Position numbers and translations under genes: made by a program. Positions 47,819 to 58,695 of a DNA stretch of 64,000 nucleotides are shown here, piece by piece. The stretch is from the NCBI GenBank assembly GCA_030539115.1, contig JAUNSR010000003.1, forward strand, positions 25,359 through 89,358, read 5' to 3'. The notes beneath the pieces were generated by a model. It was not told the DNA's origin. It ran no database searches and saw nothing but the letters and a program-made list of their open reading frames with translations. Numbering within the stretch: the stretch's first letter is position 1; each line of letters opens with the position of its first letter. The stretch is from Bacteroidales bacterium. GTDB lineage: Bacteria > Bacteroidota > Bacteroidia > Bacteroidales > JAUNSR01.

Positions 47819-49396
47819 ATGGAACAGAAATTTGATTTCTTGGTAATTGGCTCCGGCATTGCCGGAATGAGTTTTGCACTTAAAGTTGCCCACAAAGGAA
47901 GTGTTGCGCTTGTTTGTAAAACCACTCTTGAGGAGGCAAATACCTTTTTTGCCCAGGGAGGTGTTTCTTCTGTAACAAACCTTCTTGTTGACAGCTTTGA
48001 CAAGCATATTGAAGATACTATGATTGCAGGCGACTACTTGAGCGACAGATATGCCGTTGAGAAAGTTGTCAGAGAGGCTCCATCACAAATCAATGAACTT
48101 GTAAACTGGGGCGTAGATTTTGATAAAAACGATAAAGGTGAATACGATCTTCATCGTGAAGGGGGACATTCCGAGTTTCGCATTCTTCATCACAAGGACA
48201 ATACCGGTGCTGAGATTCAGGAGAGCCTCATCAGAGCTATAAAGACTCATCCAAACATAAAGGTTTTCGAAAACCATTTTGCCATTGAAATACTTACTCA
48301 GCATCATCTTGGAATAAATGTCACCCGTCACACTCCTGACATCGAGTGTTACGGAGCATATATTTTAGATCAAAAAACAGGCAAGATTTCCACTTTCCTT
48401 TCTAAAGTTACCTTAATGGCTACAGGCGGTGTCGGCTCTGTTTATCAGACCACAACCAACCCTATTGTTGCCACAGGCGACGGAATTGCAATGGTCTACA
48501 GGGCAAAAGGCACTGTTAAAGACATGGAATTTATTCAATTTCATCCCACGGCACTTTATCACCCTGGCGACCGTCCTTCATTTTTGATTACTGAGGCAAT
48601 GCGCGGTTACGGCGGCATTCTGCGCACAATGGATGGCAAGGAATTTATGCAGAAATATGATGAGCGCCTGTCACTTGCTCCACGTGACATCGTTGCAAGG
48701 GCTATAGACAATGAAATGAAAAATCGCGGCGAAGACCATGTCTATCTCGATGTCACTCATAAAAATCCCGAGGAAACGAAAAAACACTTCCCTAACATTT
48801 ATGCAAAATGCATGAGTCTTGGAATAGATATCACCAAGGATTATATACCGGTTGCTCCCGCAGCACATTATCTTTGCGGAGGTATTAAGGTTGATTTAGA
48901 CGGACGCTCATCTATTGACAGGCTTTACGCTGTTGGTGAATGTTCCTGCACTGGACTTCACGGCGGAAACCGACTTGCTTCAAACTCTCTTATTGAAGCT
49001 GTTGTTTATGCTGATGCAGCTGCCAAACATTCCCTTTCGAGAATAGACTCTTTAAACTATCAAAACAATCTTCCTGCATGGAATGATGAGGGAACATGCT
49101 CACCTGAAGAGATGGTTCTTATTAATCAAAGCATAAAAGAGGTTTGTCAAATAATGAGTACTTATGTTGGTATAGTACGTTCCGATCTTCGCTTAAAAAG
49201 AGCCTGGACCCGTTTGGATATTATTTATGAAGAAACCGAGTCTTTGTTCCAACGCTCAGTCGTTTCAAGAGAAATATGTGAACTTAGAAACATGGTCAAT
49301 GTCGGATATCTTATTATGCGTCAGGCATTGGAAAGAAAGGAGAGCCGAGGGTTGCATTACACTATAGATTATCCTCCTCACAAAAAGGAATGTTAA
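47819..49396 (+). CDS. nadB: L-aspartate oxidase
   Basis: FDFLVIGSGIAGMSFA FAD motif, HPTAL, and GGNRLASNSL. I prefer the ATG at 47819 to the one at 47783. Confidence 0.9.
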   Translation: MEQKFDFLVIGSGIAGMSFALKVAHKGSVALVCKTTLEEANTFFAQGGVSSVTNLLVDSFDKHIEDTMIAGDYLSDRYAVEKVVREAPSQINELVNWGVDFDKNDKGEYDLHREGGHSEFRILHHKDNTGAEIQESLIRAIKTHPNIKVFENHFAIEILTQHHLGINVTRHTPDIECYGAYILDQKTGKISTFLSKVTLMATGGVGSVYQTTTNPIVATGDGIAMVYRAKGTVKDMEFIQFHPTALYHPGDRPSFLITEAMRGYGGILRTMDGKEFMQKYDERLSLAPRDIVARAIDNEMKNRGEDHVYLDVTHKNPEETKKHFPNIYAKCMSLGIDITKDYIPVAPAAHYLCGGIKVDLDGRSSIDRLYAVGECSCTGLHGGNRLASNSLIEAVVYADAAAKHSLSRIDSLNYQNNLPAWNDEGTCSPEEMVLINQSIKEVCQIMSTYVGIVRSDLRLKRAWTRLDIIYEETESLFQRSVVSREICELRNMVNVGYLIMRQALERKESRGLHYTIDYPPHKKEC

Positions 49397-49443
49397 TAAA
49401 CCATCTTTATATTGACTTTTTGAAAGCTAAATATATTATTTAT

Positions 49444-49484
49444 AAGAGCACCTCTGCATTAAAGCCAAGGTGCTCTTTTTGTTT
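49444..49484 (+). terminator. rho-independent terminator after nadB
   Basis: AAGAGCACCT..AGGTGCTCTT forms a 10-bp stem followed by TTTGTTTG. Confidence 0.75.
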
Positions 49485-49816
49485 GTATAATTAATATTAA
49501 ATAAAGCAAAGCCAGAAGTTGTTTCAAATAGCTTGATTTCAATCTTGTCTCTAAATAATGATAATCTTACTTATCAATCAATTAAATATTTCTTCTCTTT
49601 TTTTGATTGCAATCAAAAATAAATCTAACATACCCAACAACTTATAAATTTTGATTAATAAAAATTTGGATTTACTAAAGTATTTAAAATAAAACATTTA
49701 AATTATTTTAGCTATATACTATAATATTTTACTAATATTACATAAGTATTAAATATAAATGATCAATAAAAAAAAATCAATCATCAATCAAAATAAAATA
49801 TGGATAAAGTGAAAAA

Positions 49817-51088
49817 TCAAAATTTTTGAGAAAGCAGTTTATGTCCTATTCTGCAAAACATGCACTTCTTTGTTTCGCAATAGTTTCGTTGCAGTTCAAT
49901 GATTGCCTGAGAATCAAAAGCGTTTTTAACAGGCATACCATTTGAGCTCCACATTCTAACAAATTTATTGTTTTCAGGGGGAATATTTTCCAAGAAATAT
50001 AAAGCCTTTTGCTGACATTTTTCATTTCCGGTTCTGTATCCATAGGCAAAAAGGAATGGCACTACAGAGTTAATTATTATAGAATCTATGGTTTGAGTTC
50101 CGAGTGATTTCTCTTTAGTTTCTGAGTGGTCCTCAAATTGATAATGTTTATCCCAGAAAGAGGACAATTTCAGGTCAAACAACTCCCTTAAAACTGTCAG
50201 CGAACGTGCATCAATAATCAGGCTTGGCAGACGTTTTTTTGTATAGAAAAGCGATGCAAGAAAAGCTATTCTAAGCTGAGGAAATGAGTTAGGCCGCAGT
50301 CTAAATAATTTCCATGAACTTTTGTCAATATTTTTAAGTTTGAATTTGGTTTTAAGAAGCCCATATTCACGCTTAAGGAGCAAATAATAAGGATCGGAAA
50401 AGTTGTCACAGAGAAAGCCAGCCTGACCAAAGAAAAGGGCTTCAGTTTGGAGGCGTGAATCCAAATGTTTAAGTATATAGTTGAAAGGCAAGGAGCGTGC
50501 CATTCGTTCAAAGGAATCGCTGTTGATACCGGTTCCAAAGCTTCGTGAAAGGATTATATAAAAAACCTCCTCCCAATTCCCCTTGTAAATATCAACCAGT
50601 TCATAAATCCGTTTTGATTTGTTTATGAGTCTTTGGTTAGAAAGGGCGCAGAACCAATCCTCAATATACATTTTATCAATTTTTCCCAAAGAACAAAGGC
50701 AAGCTGGGTAGTCGGGAGCACGAGCGCAAAGGAATTCTACATCCTTAATAAAGCTGTCAGGGATTGAAAGCTTGAATTGATTGATTTTATCACCGTCAAT
50801 TCTGAATATCTCAGTGTCCTTATTGAGCACAACATTTAATATTACAGAGTCGTAGGCTCTGTCTTTGTGATGATTATGGTTGTACCAATCTGAAGAATTG
50901 TTGTGTAATTCAACATTACCTGCCCATATAGTATCTTTATATTTGATTTTTGCATTAAAAAAGTCAGGACCGGAATTTGTATTAATAATACCCGGGTCAA
51001 TAATTTCAAAGGGGACACCATCTGTGGTATGAAGTTCGGATTTATCAAACAAACCGAATTTCCAGACATATTGCATAAGTTGTTCCAT
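49817..51088 (-). CDS. DUF2851 family protein
   Basis: The N-terminal pattern EQLMQYVWKFGLF..GPDFFNAKIKY..GNVELHNNSSDWYNHNHHKD..VILNVV matches my recollection of DUF2851. Confidence 0.7.
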   Translation of the reverse strand: MEQLMQYVWKFGLFDKSELHTTDGVPFEIIDPGIINTNSGPDFFNAKIKYKDTIWAGNVELHNNSSDWYNHNHHKDRAYDSVILNVVLNKDTEIFRIDGDKINQFKLSIPDSFIKDVEFLCARAPDYPACLCSLGKIDKMYIEDWFCALSNQRLINKSKRIYELVDIYKGNWEEVFYIILSRSFGTGINSDSFERMARSLPFNYILKHLDSRLQTEALFFGQAGFLCDNFSDPYYLLLKREYGLLKTKFKLKNIDKSSWKLFRLRPNSFPQLRIAFLASLFYTKKRLPSLIIDARSLTVLRELFDLKLSSFWDKHYQFEDHSETKEKSLGTQTIDSIIINSVVPFLFAYGYRTGNEKCQQKALYFLENIPPENNKFVRMWSSNGMPVKNAFDSQAIIELQRNYCETKKCMFCRIGHKLLSQKF

Positions 51089-51136
51089 ATAACAACGATT
51101 TAGCTTATTTACTTATCTTTGTATATCTTTAAATAA

Positions 51137-51211
51137 GATAAGCTTCGCCTTATCAAATACAATCTGAAAGCTGGCGCTTTCAATTGCTTATTGAACTCGG
51201 CTTGCATTATC
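51137..51211 (+). ncRNA. conserved hairpin RNA/leader element, copy 2 (upstream of dapB)
   Basis: Homologous to 28926-28998 with the same fold. TATCTTTG lies at 51114-51121 and the aligned TATCTTTA at 51124-51131. Confidence 0.45.
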
Positions 51212-51334
51212 TTTGAAAAAGAAAATGAAGCATTTAAAAAATAGAATCAATTTAAAAAACTAATATATTTGAAGTCCGTTCTTATTTTTTAAAATATTCA
51301 GACATTACAAATTAGATATTTAAAAACTATATAT

Positions 51335-52051
51335 ATGAAAATTGCATTAATCGGATATGGAAAGATGGGGCACATCATCGAAAATATTGCTTTAACCCGC
51401 GGTCACGAAATCGTCGCTATCATTGATAAGGACAATCAAGAAGACTTCACTTCAGAGGCTTTTAAGAGCGCAGATGTTGCAATTGAATTTTCCATGCCCT
51501 CAGCAGCTTTGGAAAATTACCATAAATGCTTTGCTGCAAATATCCCTGTTGTTGCCGGCACTACCGGCTGGATAGATAAAATGCCGGAAATTAAGAATGC
51601 CTGCAAAGACGGTAAACAAACTTTCTTCTATGCTTCAAACTACAGCATAGGTGTAAATATCTTCTTTGAACTTAACAAACATTTAGCGCACATTATGAAC
51701 AACTATCCCGCTTATAATGTTCGCATGGAGGAAGTTCATCACGTTCATAAACTTGATTCTCCTAGTGGAACAGCAATTTCTCTTGCAGATGGAATAATAG
51801 AGAATATGGACTCTAAACAGGCTTGGGTTGAAGGTGTTGAACCAAAAGAAAATGAGATAGGCATTACATCTTTCAGAAGAGGTGAGGTGCCCGGCATTCA
51901 TACCATTATTTATGAATCGGATGTTGACACTATTTCCATTACTCACGATGCCAAATCACGAGAGGGCTTTGCCTTAGGCGCCGTTGTAGCGGCTGAATAC
52001 CTGAATGGGAAAAAGGGATTTCACACAATGGCAGATTTGATGAAATTTTAA
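51335..52051 (+). CDS. dapB: 4-hydroxy-tetrahydrodipicolinate reductase
   Basis: MKIALIGYGKMG, E.HH..K.D.PSGTA motif (EEVHHVHKLDSPSGTA). Confidence 0.9.
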   Translation: MKIALIGYGKMGHIIENIALTRGHEIVAIIDKDNQEDFTSEAFKSADVAIEFSMPSAALENYHKCFAANIPVVAGTTGWIDKMPEIKNACKDGKQTFFYASNYSIGVNIFFELNKHLAHIMNNYPAYNVRMEEVHHVHKLDSPSGTAISLADGIIENMDSKQAWVEGVEPKENEIGITSFRRGEVPGIHTIIYESDVDTISITHDAKSREGFALGAVVAAEYLNGKKGFHTMADLMKF

Positions 52052-52073
52052 TTACAGAACAAAAATTATCGTT

Positions 52074-53525
52074 ATGGGAAACGAAACAAATATCGAGCGC
52101 GGATTCAAAAGAAAGCCCACCAAGCCACAAATAATTAAGTGCGTTATCGCCTGCGTATTATTTATAATTTGGGTTATCTGGGTTGGAAATCCATTTTTAT
52201 TAATAATCCTTCCTTTTATAATTGATATATATTATACTAAGTTCATTCCGTGGACTTTCTGGAAAAAGTCAAAAAACAAGACTGTCAGAAGTGTGATGGA
52301 ATGGGTAGATGCAATTGTATTTGCTCTTGTAGCTGTATACTTTATCAATACTTTCTTTTTTCAGAACTATCAGATACCTACCCCATCACTTGAGAAATCT
52401 CTTCTGGTTGGTGACTATCTTTTTGTAAGCAAGATGAGCTATGGACCTCGTATTCCAAATACCCCCCTTTCCTTTCCTCTTGCTCAGCATACCTTACCTA
52501 TTGTCAATACAAAATCTTATCTTGACTGGCCTCAGTGGGGATATAAACGTCTGAAAGGTTTTGGAAAGGTTGAACGTAATAATATTGTTGTATTCAACTT
52601 CCCTGCCGGCGATACAGTGGCTTTAAAGTTCCAAGACAGAGATTATTATTCTCTTGCATACTATAATGGCGGCTCAGAAGCTATTCATAGAAACCCGGGA
52701 TTATACGGCAAAGTGGTTTACAGACCGGTTGACAGAAGGGAAAACTATGTAAAAAGATGTATCGGACTTCCGGGAGATACCCTTGAATTAATAAACAATC
52801 AGGTATATATTGACTCGAAACCAATTGCCAATCCGAAACAGATGCAGTTCGTTTATTACGTTGAAACCAACGGTACCCGCTTTGGCGAAAAGAACTGGGA
52901 AACATTGGGAGTCAACAAGGATGACAGAGGCACCGAAGATGGATCATTCTATGTAAATATGGGAGGCCAAAATGTTTCACTTTTGGAATATATGGGATTC
53001 AGCCGTAATGCAAACGGCACTTTCAACCCTGTCTACAGAATTCCCTTAACACAAGAGGGCTTGGCTAAAGTAAAGGGAATGTCTATCGTAACCAAAGTTG
53101 TTGAGGAACCCGGATTCATTGGCGGACTTACTTATCCTATTGGATACAATGACAATTGGACAAGAGCAAATTACGGTCCTATTTGGATTCCGAAAAAAGG
53201 AGCTACTATATATCTTACGCCTGATAATGTTGCACTGTATATTCGCTGTATAAGAAATTATGAAGACAACACATTTGAAGAAAAGAATGGCAAATACTTC
53301 ATTAATGGAAAAGAGGCAACACAATATACTTTTGAAATGGACTATTATTGGATGATGGGTGACAACAGAGACAATTCTCTTGATTCACGTTCCTGGGGCT
53401 TTGTTCCTGAAGACCATATTGTGGGCAGACCATTGTTTGTTTGGCTTTCCATAGAAAAAGATAAGTCTTTGTTTAATGGCGGAATAAGATTTAACCGTCT
53501 ATTTATGAATGCAAAAAACCTTTAG
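52074..53525 (+). CDS. lepB: signal peptidase I (long Bacteroidota form)
   Basis: Catalytic Ser region PTPSLEKSLLVGDYLFV, KRCIGLPGD, and GDNRDNSLDSR. Confidence 0.9.
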   Translation: MGNETNIERGFKRKPTKPQIIKCVIACVLFIIWVIWVGNPFLLIILPFIIDIYYTKFIPWTFWKKSKNKTVRSVMEWVDAIVFALVAVYFINTFFFQNYQIPTPSLEKSLLVGDYLFVSKMSYGPRIPNTPLSFPLAQHTLPIVNTKSYLDWPQWGYKRLKGFGKVERNNIVVFNFPAGDTVALKFQDRDYYSLAYYNGGSEAIHRNPGLYGKVVYRPVDRRENYVKRCIGLPGDTLELINNQVYIDSKPIANPKQMQFVYYVETNGTRFGEKNWETLGVNKDDRGTEDGSFYVNMGGQNVSLLEYMGFSRNANGTFNPVYRIPLTQEGLAKVKGMSIVTKVVEEPGFIGGLTYPIGYNDNWTRANYGPIWIPKKGATIYLTPDNVALYIRCIRNYEDNTFEEKNGKYFINGKEATQYTFEMDYYWMMGDNRDNSLDSRSWGFVPEDHIVGRPLFVWLSIEKDKSLFNGGIRFNRLFMNAKNL

Positions 53526-53526
53526 G

Positions 53527-54165
53527 ATGACGAAAGCCATTTTAAGTACTGCTTTTCTTGCTCCTGTCGAATACTATTCAAAAATTTACAATTATGATGA
53601 AATTTGGATAGAGGCGTGTGACAATTTTATCAAACAGACCTACAGAAACCGTTGCTTTATCGGGGCTGTTAATCTTGTTCAAAACCTTTCCATTCCGATA
53701 GAAAAGGGAACAGAACTTAAGACATCAATTAAAGATGTCAGACTTTCAGAACATGGCAACTGGAGGCATCAACATTGGTTTGCAATTAGAAGCACCTACA
53801 ACAATACTCCTTTTTTTGAATATTACGAGGATGACTTTGCTCCGTTTTTCGAAAAAAGATTTGATTTTCTTTTTGATTTAAATGAGCAGCTTAGAGAGCT
53901 GATTTGCTCGTTGATAGGTATAGAAAAGAAAATTAATTATACCACTGAGTATCTAAAGAGAGAGGAGATTGATGGGAGTGATTTTAGAGAAATAATACAT
54001 CCGAAGAGAGATTATAAAGAGCTTGACAAGGAGTTTATTGCAAACCCATATTATCAAACATTCCAAGATAAATGGGGCTTCAGAGATAATTTGAGCGTAA
54101 TAGACTTATTGTTTAATATGGGTCCTGAATCTATTCTTGTATTAAAAAACAGTATTAAAAGATAA
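53527..54165 (+). CDS. WbqC-like family protein
   Basis: AILSTAFLAPVEYY..IKQTYRNRC is characteristic of the WbqC family. The ATG at 53527 follows the lepB stop by 1 nt; an alternative ATG at 53509 would overlap lepB. Confidence 0.7.
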   Translation: MTKAILSTAFLAPVEYYSKIYNYDEIWIEACDNFIKQTYRNRCFIGAVNLVQNLSIPIEKGTELKTSIKDVRLSEHGNWRHQHWFAIRSTYNNTPFFEYYEDDFAPFFEKRFDFLFDLNEQLRELICSLIGIEKKINYTTEYLKREEIDGSDFREIIHPKRDYKELDKEFIANPYYQTFQDKWGFRDNLSVIDLLFNMGPESILVLKNSIKR

Positions 54166-54225
54166 TTGATATTTTTTCTTTCTGATTTAAATTGGAATCA
54201 AAAGATTTACATATAATTTAGACAT

Positions 54226-54270
54226 AAAAATGACGGAGAGTAATCAATCTTACTTCTCCGTCATTTTTGT
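54226..54270. terminator. bidirectional terminator between the WbqC-like and GH51 genes
   Basis: AAAATGACGGAGA..TCTCCGTCATTTT forms a 13-bp stem with A/T runs on both sides. Confidence 0.75.
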
Positions 54271-54289
54271 TTATAGTTATTCAAATCCT

Positions 54290-56254
54290 CTATTTAATAC
54301 ATTCGATTTTATACACATAAAAACACTTTGAAGGCATAGTTGTCTTTATTGCCTTGTCATTTATGGTCATGTCGACTCTTCTTGGAGCAACTAAATCAGG
54401 CATCTCAATGGTGTTTTCCGCATCCAAATCGGGAGCCTGCAAAGCAGTGCAATTCCAGCTTTTAATTTTGTCGAACTTCTTTCCCTTGAGAGAAATATCT
54501 ATCTTCTGAGCCTTATCTGAAGTATTTATAATTTTGACAATATAGCTGTTTGAATTTTTATCATATACAGCACTTGCATACAGACCATCTTCTCCTGTGA
54601 CAGGCAGATTGTTTTCAGTTATAGATGCGATATTAGACCCCTTGTTTAGGGAATAAAGCTGCTGGACATAATAATTTATGCTTTTCACTAATCTAAGATT
54701 ATCAAACCAAATCAAATCAGGCTTCCATTGCCACCCATCTTTATGGGCGAAAAGAGGAGCATAAGTAGCCATTGCAACAATATCAGCATTTCTTTCCAAT
54801 CCGGTCATAAAAGCAGCCTCGCAAAGTGCCGATTCAAAATTATTTTTTCTATTCGAAGTATGGCAGGCGTATTCACCTGCAAAAACTTTTGGTGACTTTC
54901 TGCTGTAATTGTCATAACGTTTTGCCTGTGAGAGAAACCATTCAGGAGATCTGTAATAATGTTCATCAACAAGGTCTGCTTTAAGTTCTTTCATCTTTGA
55001 CCACAAATAATCAAAATCCTTTCCATCGGGTGATGGACCTGCACTTCCTATAATATTCATTTTTGGGTATTTCCGTTTAATCGCCTTGATAAAAGGTTCC
55101 AATCTTACAGGATACTCCTCACCCCATTGTTCATTGCCAATAGCAATATATTTTAGATTAAAAGGTTGAGGATGCCCCATTTTTGCACGTATTTTACCCC
55201 ATTTTGAATTTTCATCACCATTTGCAAACTCAATTAAATCAAGAGCGTCATCAATAAAAGGCTGCAAACTATCAACTGGTGCATGATCTTGAGGACCACG
55301 GCATTGATACTGACAGGCAAGACCGCAATTGAGTACAGGTAAAGGCTCTGCTCCTATTTCTTCTGAGAGAAGAAAATATTCATAAAATCCAAGTCCATAG
55401 CTTTGAAAATAATCGGGGAAATATCTGTTTGAGAAAGTATATTCCCATCGGTTTTGATTTAAAGGTCTGTTTTCAACCTCTCCTATTGTATTTTTCCAGT
55501 TATAACGTGTATCCAATTCAGTTCCCTCAACTATGCAGCCACCCGGGAAACGAAACACATTTGGTTTTAAATCTGCCAGCGCCAGAGCTAAATCTTTTCT
55601 CATTCCATTTTCATGGTTGTTGAATGTTTCTACGGGAAATAAAGAGATATGATCAAGGTCAACACTGTTTGGAGAGGAAAGAAATATCCTCACTTTACAT
55701 TTATCGTCTGTTATCGGAGATTTTAAAATTGCAGTATATTTTATCCACTTATCTCCATTAACATTGAGTCTTGATTCAGCGACAGGACTGTTTGAAGAGG
55801 CTATAAATTCCACTTTGATTTGGGAAGAGATATTCTCACCGGTTGTTCTTGCCCAAACGCTGAATCTATACTCAGCATCTTTTTTCAAGCCTATTCCAAA
55901 ATAGCCCTCATTGTCTAAACCTGTGCTTCTTTGATGATGTCCGGGGTCGGATAATCTGACATAGTTGGGATTTTTTTCAAATGCAGGGTTCTTATCATCA
56001 ATAGCCACTTTACCGAAAGTGTTCCATCCCATCAAATTCTGAGGAAATTCAAAGGAACGATTCTTAATCAACTCTGCATATAATCCGCCGTCAGCTCCAT
56101 AATTAATATCTTCAAAGAAGATGCCATACATAGTTGGTGAAATCTCTGCTCCATTTTGTTTGTCAGACAGCTCGAGTCTTCTATCTGTTTGACCAAATGA
56201 TAGAATTGCAGAAGTAAATAGAGATAGAAATGCAGCAGAAAACTTAAAATACAT
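54290..56254 (-). CDS. GH51-like alpha-L-arabinofuranosidase
   Basis: Signal peptide, FRFPGGCIVEG, and acid/base context IAIGNEQWG. Length is ~650 aa with an N-terminal CBM-like region. Confidence 0.7.
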   Translation of the reverse strand: MYFKFSAAFLSLFTSAILSFGQTDRRLELSDKQNGAEISPTMYGIFFEDINYGADGGLYAELIKNRSFEFPQNLMGWNTFGKVAIDDKNPAFEKNPNYVRLSDPGHHQRSTGLDNEGYFGIGLKKDAEYRFSVWARTTGENISSQIKVEFIASSNSPVAESRLNVNGDKWIKYTAILKSPITDDKCKVRIFLSSPNSVDLDHISLFPVETFNNHENGMRKDLALALADLKPNVFRFPGGCIVEGTELDTRYNWKNTIGEVENRPLNQNRWEYTFSNRYFPDYFQSYGLGFYEYFLLSEEIGAEPLPVLNCGLACQYQCRGPQDHAPVDSLQPFIDDALDLIEFANGDENSKWGKIRAKMGHPQPFNLKYIAIGNEQWGEEYPVRLEPFIKAIKRKYPKMNIIGSAGPSPDGKDFDYLWSKMKELKADLVDEHYYRSPEWFLSQAKRYDNYSRKSPKVFAGEYACHTSNRKNNFESALCEAAFMTGLERNADIVAMATYAPLFAHKDGWQWKPDLIWFDNLRLVKSINYYVQQLYSLNKGSNIASITENNLPVTGEDGLYASAVYDKNSNSYIVKIINTSDKAQKIDISLKGKKFDKIKSWNCTALQAPDLDAENTIEMPDLVAPRRVDMTINDKAIKTTMPSKCFYVYKIECIK

Positions 56255-56505
56255 ATTTGTTGTGTTTTTTGGTTTATAAAAAGCAATAAAATAAAAGATT
56301 ATTAAAGGCTATTGCTCTGATTATATAGCATATATTTAAAAAAACTTTTATTTTTTAATTCATAATCGACTAAATTAGCAAACAAAAGATAATAATATCT
56401 ATATCTTAGACCCTAAGATATTTAAAACCTGTGAAAAATCTTCTATGGTGCTTGTTGCACCATAAAATCAAAAAAACCATTGATTAAAAACTAAATATAA
56501 TACAG

Positions 56506-57585
56506 ATGAAGAAAACTCTTTTATTTTTAGTCTCGTTGATGCCGCTTTTGGCATTCTCACAAAACGGGACAAATCTGAAATTCCCTGATTTTGATGGATA
56601 TAAAACTTTGAAATGTGACTTTCATGTACACACTGTGTTCTCCGATGGAGTTGTTTGGCCAACAACAAGGGTTGACGAGGCAGTTAGAGAGGGACTTGAC
56701 GCAATAGCTATTACCGATCATATAGAATATCGTCCTCATAAAGATGATATAAAGGCAGATCTTAACCGCTCTTATGATATAGCAAAGGCAGCAGCCGACA
56801 AAAAGAAGCTCCTTTTAATAAGAGGCAGTGAAATAACAAGACAAATGCCTCCGGGACACTTAAATGCAATTTTTACAAAAGACAACAATGCTCTTGATAC
56901 CCCTGAATGGAGAGATGCTTTAAAAGAGGCAAAAGCTCAAGGGGCATTTATATTTTGGAATCATCCGGGATGGAAAAAACAACAGCCTGACACAACTTTA
57001 TGGTGGAACGAACATACGGAAATATTTAATAATGGGTATATGCAGGCTATAGAAGTCGGCAATACACGTTCTTATTATCCTGAAGCTCATGGATGGTGCC
57101 TTGAGAAAAAGCTTGCAATGTTTGCAAACTCAGATATTCATCAGCCAACAAATGTCGTGTTTAATTTTGACAAGGGAGAACATCGTTTTATTACTCTTGT
57201 TTTTGCCAAAGAGAGATCTCTTGATGGAATCAGAGAGGCTATTGACAATGGCAGAACTGTGGCATATATGAAAGAAAGTCTTGTAGGGCCGGAAGAATAC
57301 CTTAAAACAATTTTTGAAAAAGGCATAAAAGTCAAAGAGTACAATAAGTCAAAAAATGATATCCAAATCACAGTAGTGAATACAACTCCCGTACCTTTCT
57401 TCCTTAAGGCAACAGAACACGATAAGAACATACAATATCTTAATACTTATGAACTTCGTCCCGGAAAAGAATATACCATAACTATTATGCTTAGGAATGG
57501 CATTCAAAAAGGAAAAATAAATTTTGAAGTTACCAATCTTTTGGCTGCTCCAAATAAAGGATTGGATTATTCATTCGATATATAA
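56506..57585 (+). CDS. secreted PHP-domain metallophosphoesterase
   Basis: Signal peptide, then CDFHVHTVFSDG and AITDHIEY, the PHP (polymerase/histidinol-phosphatase) metal motifs. Confidence 0.7.
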   Translation: MKKTLLFLVSLMPLLAFSQNGTNLKFPDFDGYKTLKCDFHVHTVFSDGVVWPTTRVDEAVREGLDAIAITDHIEYRPHKDDIKADLNRSYDIAKAAADKKKLLLIRGSEITRQMPPGHLNAIFTKDNNALDTPEWRDALKEAKAQGAFIFWNHPGWKKQQPDTTLWWNEHTEIFNNGYMQAIEVGNTRSYYPEAHGWCLEKKLAMFANSDIHQPTNVVFNFDKGEHRFITLVFAKERSLDGIREAIDNGRTVAYMKESLVGPEEYLKTIFEKGIKVKEYNKSKNDIQITVVNTTPVPFFLKATEHDKNIQYLNTYELRPGKEYTITIMLRNGIQKGKINFEVTNLLAAPNKGLDYSFDI

Positions 57586-57623
57586 GAGACTTTTTCTTAG
57601 AGAATAAATATCTATAAACAAGG

Positions 57624-57677
57624 AGACCTTTAAAAGCATTATTGTTAAAATAGGCTTTTGAAGGTCTTTTTGGTTTT
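57624..57677 (+). terminator. rho-independent terminator after the PHP gene
   Basis: AGACCTTTAAAAGC..GCTTTTGAAGGTCT forms a 14-bp stem (one G-U) followed by TTTTTGGTTTT. Confidence 0.75.
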
Positions 57678-57882
57678 AAATATATTAAATATCGAGGCTT
57701 CTTTTTGGTTTATAAATATCAAATATGCCACCTTACAATTATATCAATAAAAAGCTAAATAAACCGATTAAAGAGAAACGATGTTTTAACTTTACATTGC
57801 GAAAAGGCAACTGCAAAATACCATCTAAAGGCAATAAATTACAGTTTCAACATTTTAAAATATTTATAATAAAGACAATATC

Positions 57883-58605
57883 ATGGTACAAGAAAAGAAG
57901 GTAATATGTTTCATTACTAAAAAACAAATACCTGCAAACAAGGCTTTAAAAGGATCTGATTTAAGATATACTCTTTTCAATTATATAAAAGAAAAATATC
58001 CTGACTTTACAGCCAATGATTATATCTCCATTTCTGAGCTAAATACTTTTAGAAGGAATTATCTCCTCGAGCTTATGAAAATGGAAGATGAGGATGTCAG
58101 TCAAACAGAGAAGGAGGTAATAAATGCCATTACCAATAATAAGATTCTTTCTGAGAATATTGAGCCTATCATTGACAGCAAACTGACTTTAGGACAAAAG
58201 GCGGCAGATAAAATTGCTGAGTTTGGAGGAAGTTGGGCATTTATTATTGTATTCTTTTTGATTTTATTGGGTTGGATAATACTTAATGGCATTATATTAA
58301 CTCATAAATCGTTCGACCCCTATCCTTTTATCCTTTTAAATCTTGTACTTTCCTGCTTAGCGGCTGTACAGGCTCCTATTATCATGATGAGTCAGAACAG
58401 AGTTGAACAAAAGGATAGAATGAGAGGTGAAAATGATTTTAAGATAAATCTTAAAGCTGAACTTGAGATTAAACTTCTTCATGAGAAACTTGATCACCTT
58501 TCGATGCATCAGAATAAAATTCTTTTTGAGGTGCAGCAAATGCAGATTGAGTATATGGAGGATATTCTTAAAGAGATTCGGAGAAAAGAGGAGACGAAAA
58601 AGTAG
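57883..58605 (+). CDS. DUF1003 family membrane protein
   Basis: FGGSWAFIIVFFLILLGWIILN..DPYPFILLNLVLSCLAAVQAPIIMMSQNR is the DUF1003 core as I recall it. Confidence 0.7.
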   Translation: MVQEKKVICFITKKQIPANKALKGSDLRYTLFNYIKEKYPDFTANDYISISELNTFRRNYLLELMKMEDEDVSQTEKEVINAITNNKILSENIEPIIDSKLTLGQKAADKIAEFGGSWAFIIVFFLILLGWIILNGIILTHKSFDPYPFILLNLVLSCLAAVQAPIIMMSQNRVEQKDRMRGENDFKINLKAELEIKLLHEKLDHLSMHQNKILFEVQQMQIEYMEDILKEIRRKEETKK

Positions 58606-58695
58606 TAGTGCTCTGTATATGTTTACAAATTCTTCGGCTAAAAAAGCATTATTTTTTTAATAAGAAATTTCGGGATTTTTCTAAAATCTGTAATC

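Noticed and set aside
56443-56466. Hairpin ATGGTGC-TTGT-TGCACCAT in the divergent GH51/PHP promoter region, considered as a terminator
   Set aside because: It sits between two divergently transcribed genes where no terminator is expected, and it has no U-tract. It may be a minor regulatory or 5' UTR hairpin, but the evidence is too thin for a call.
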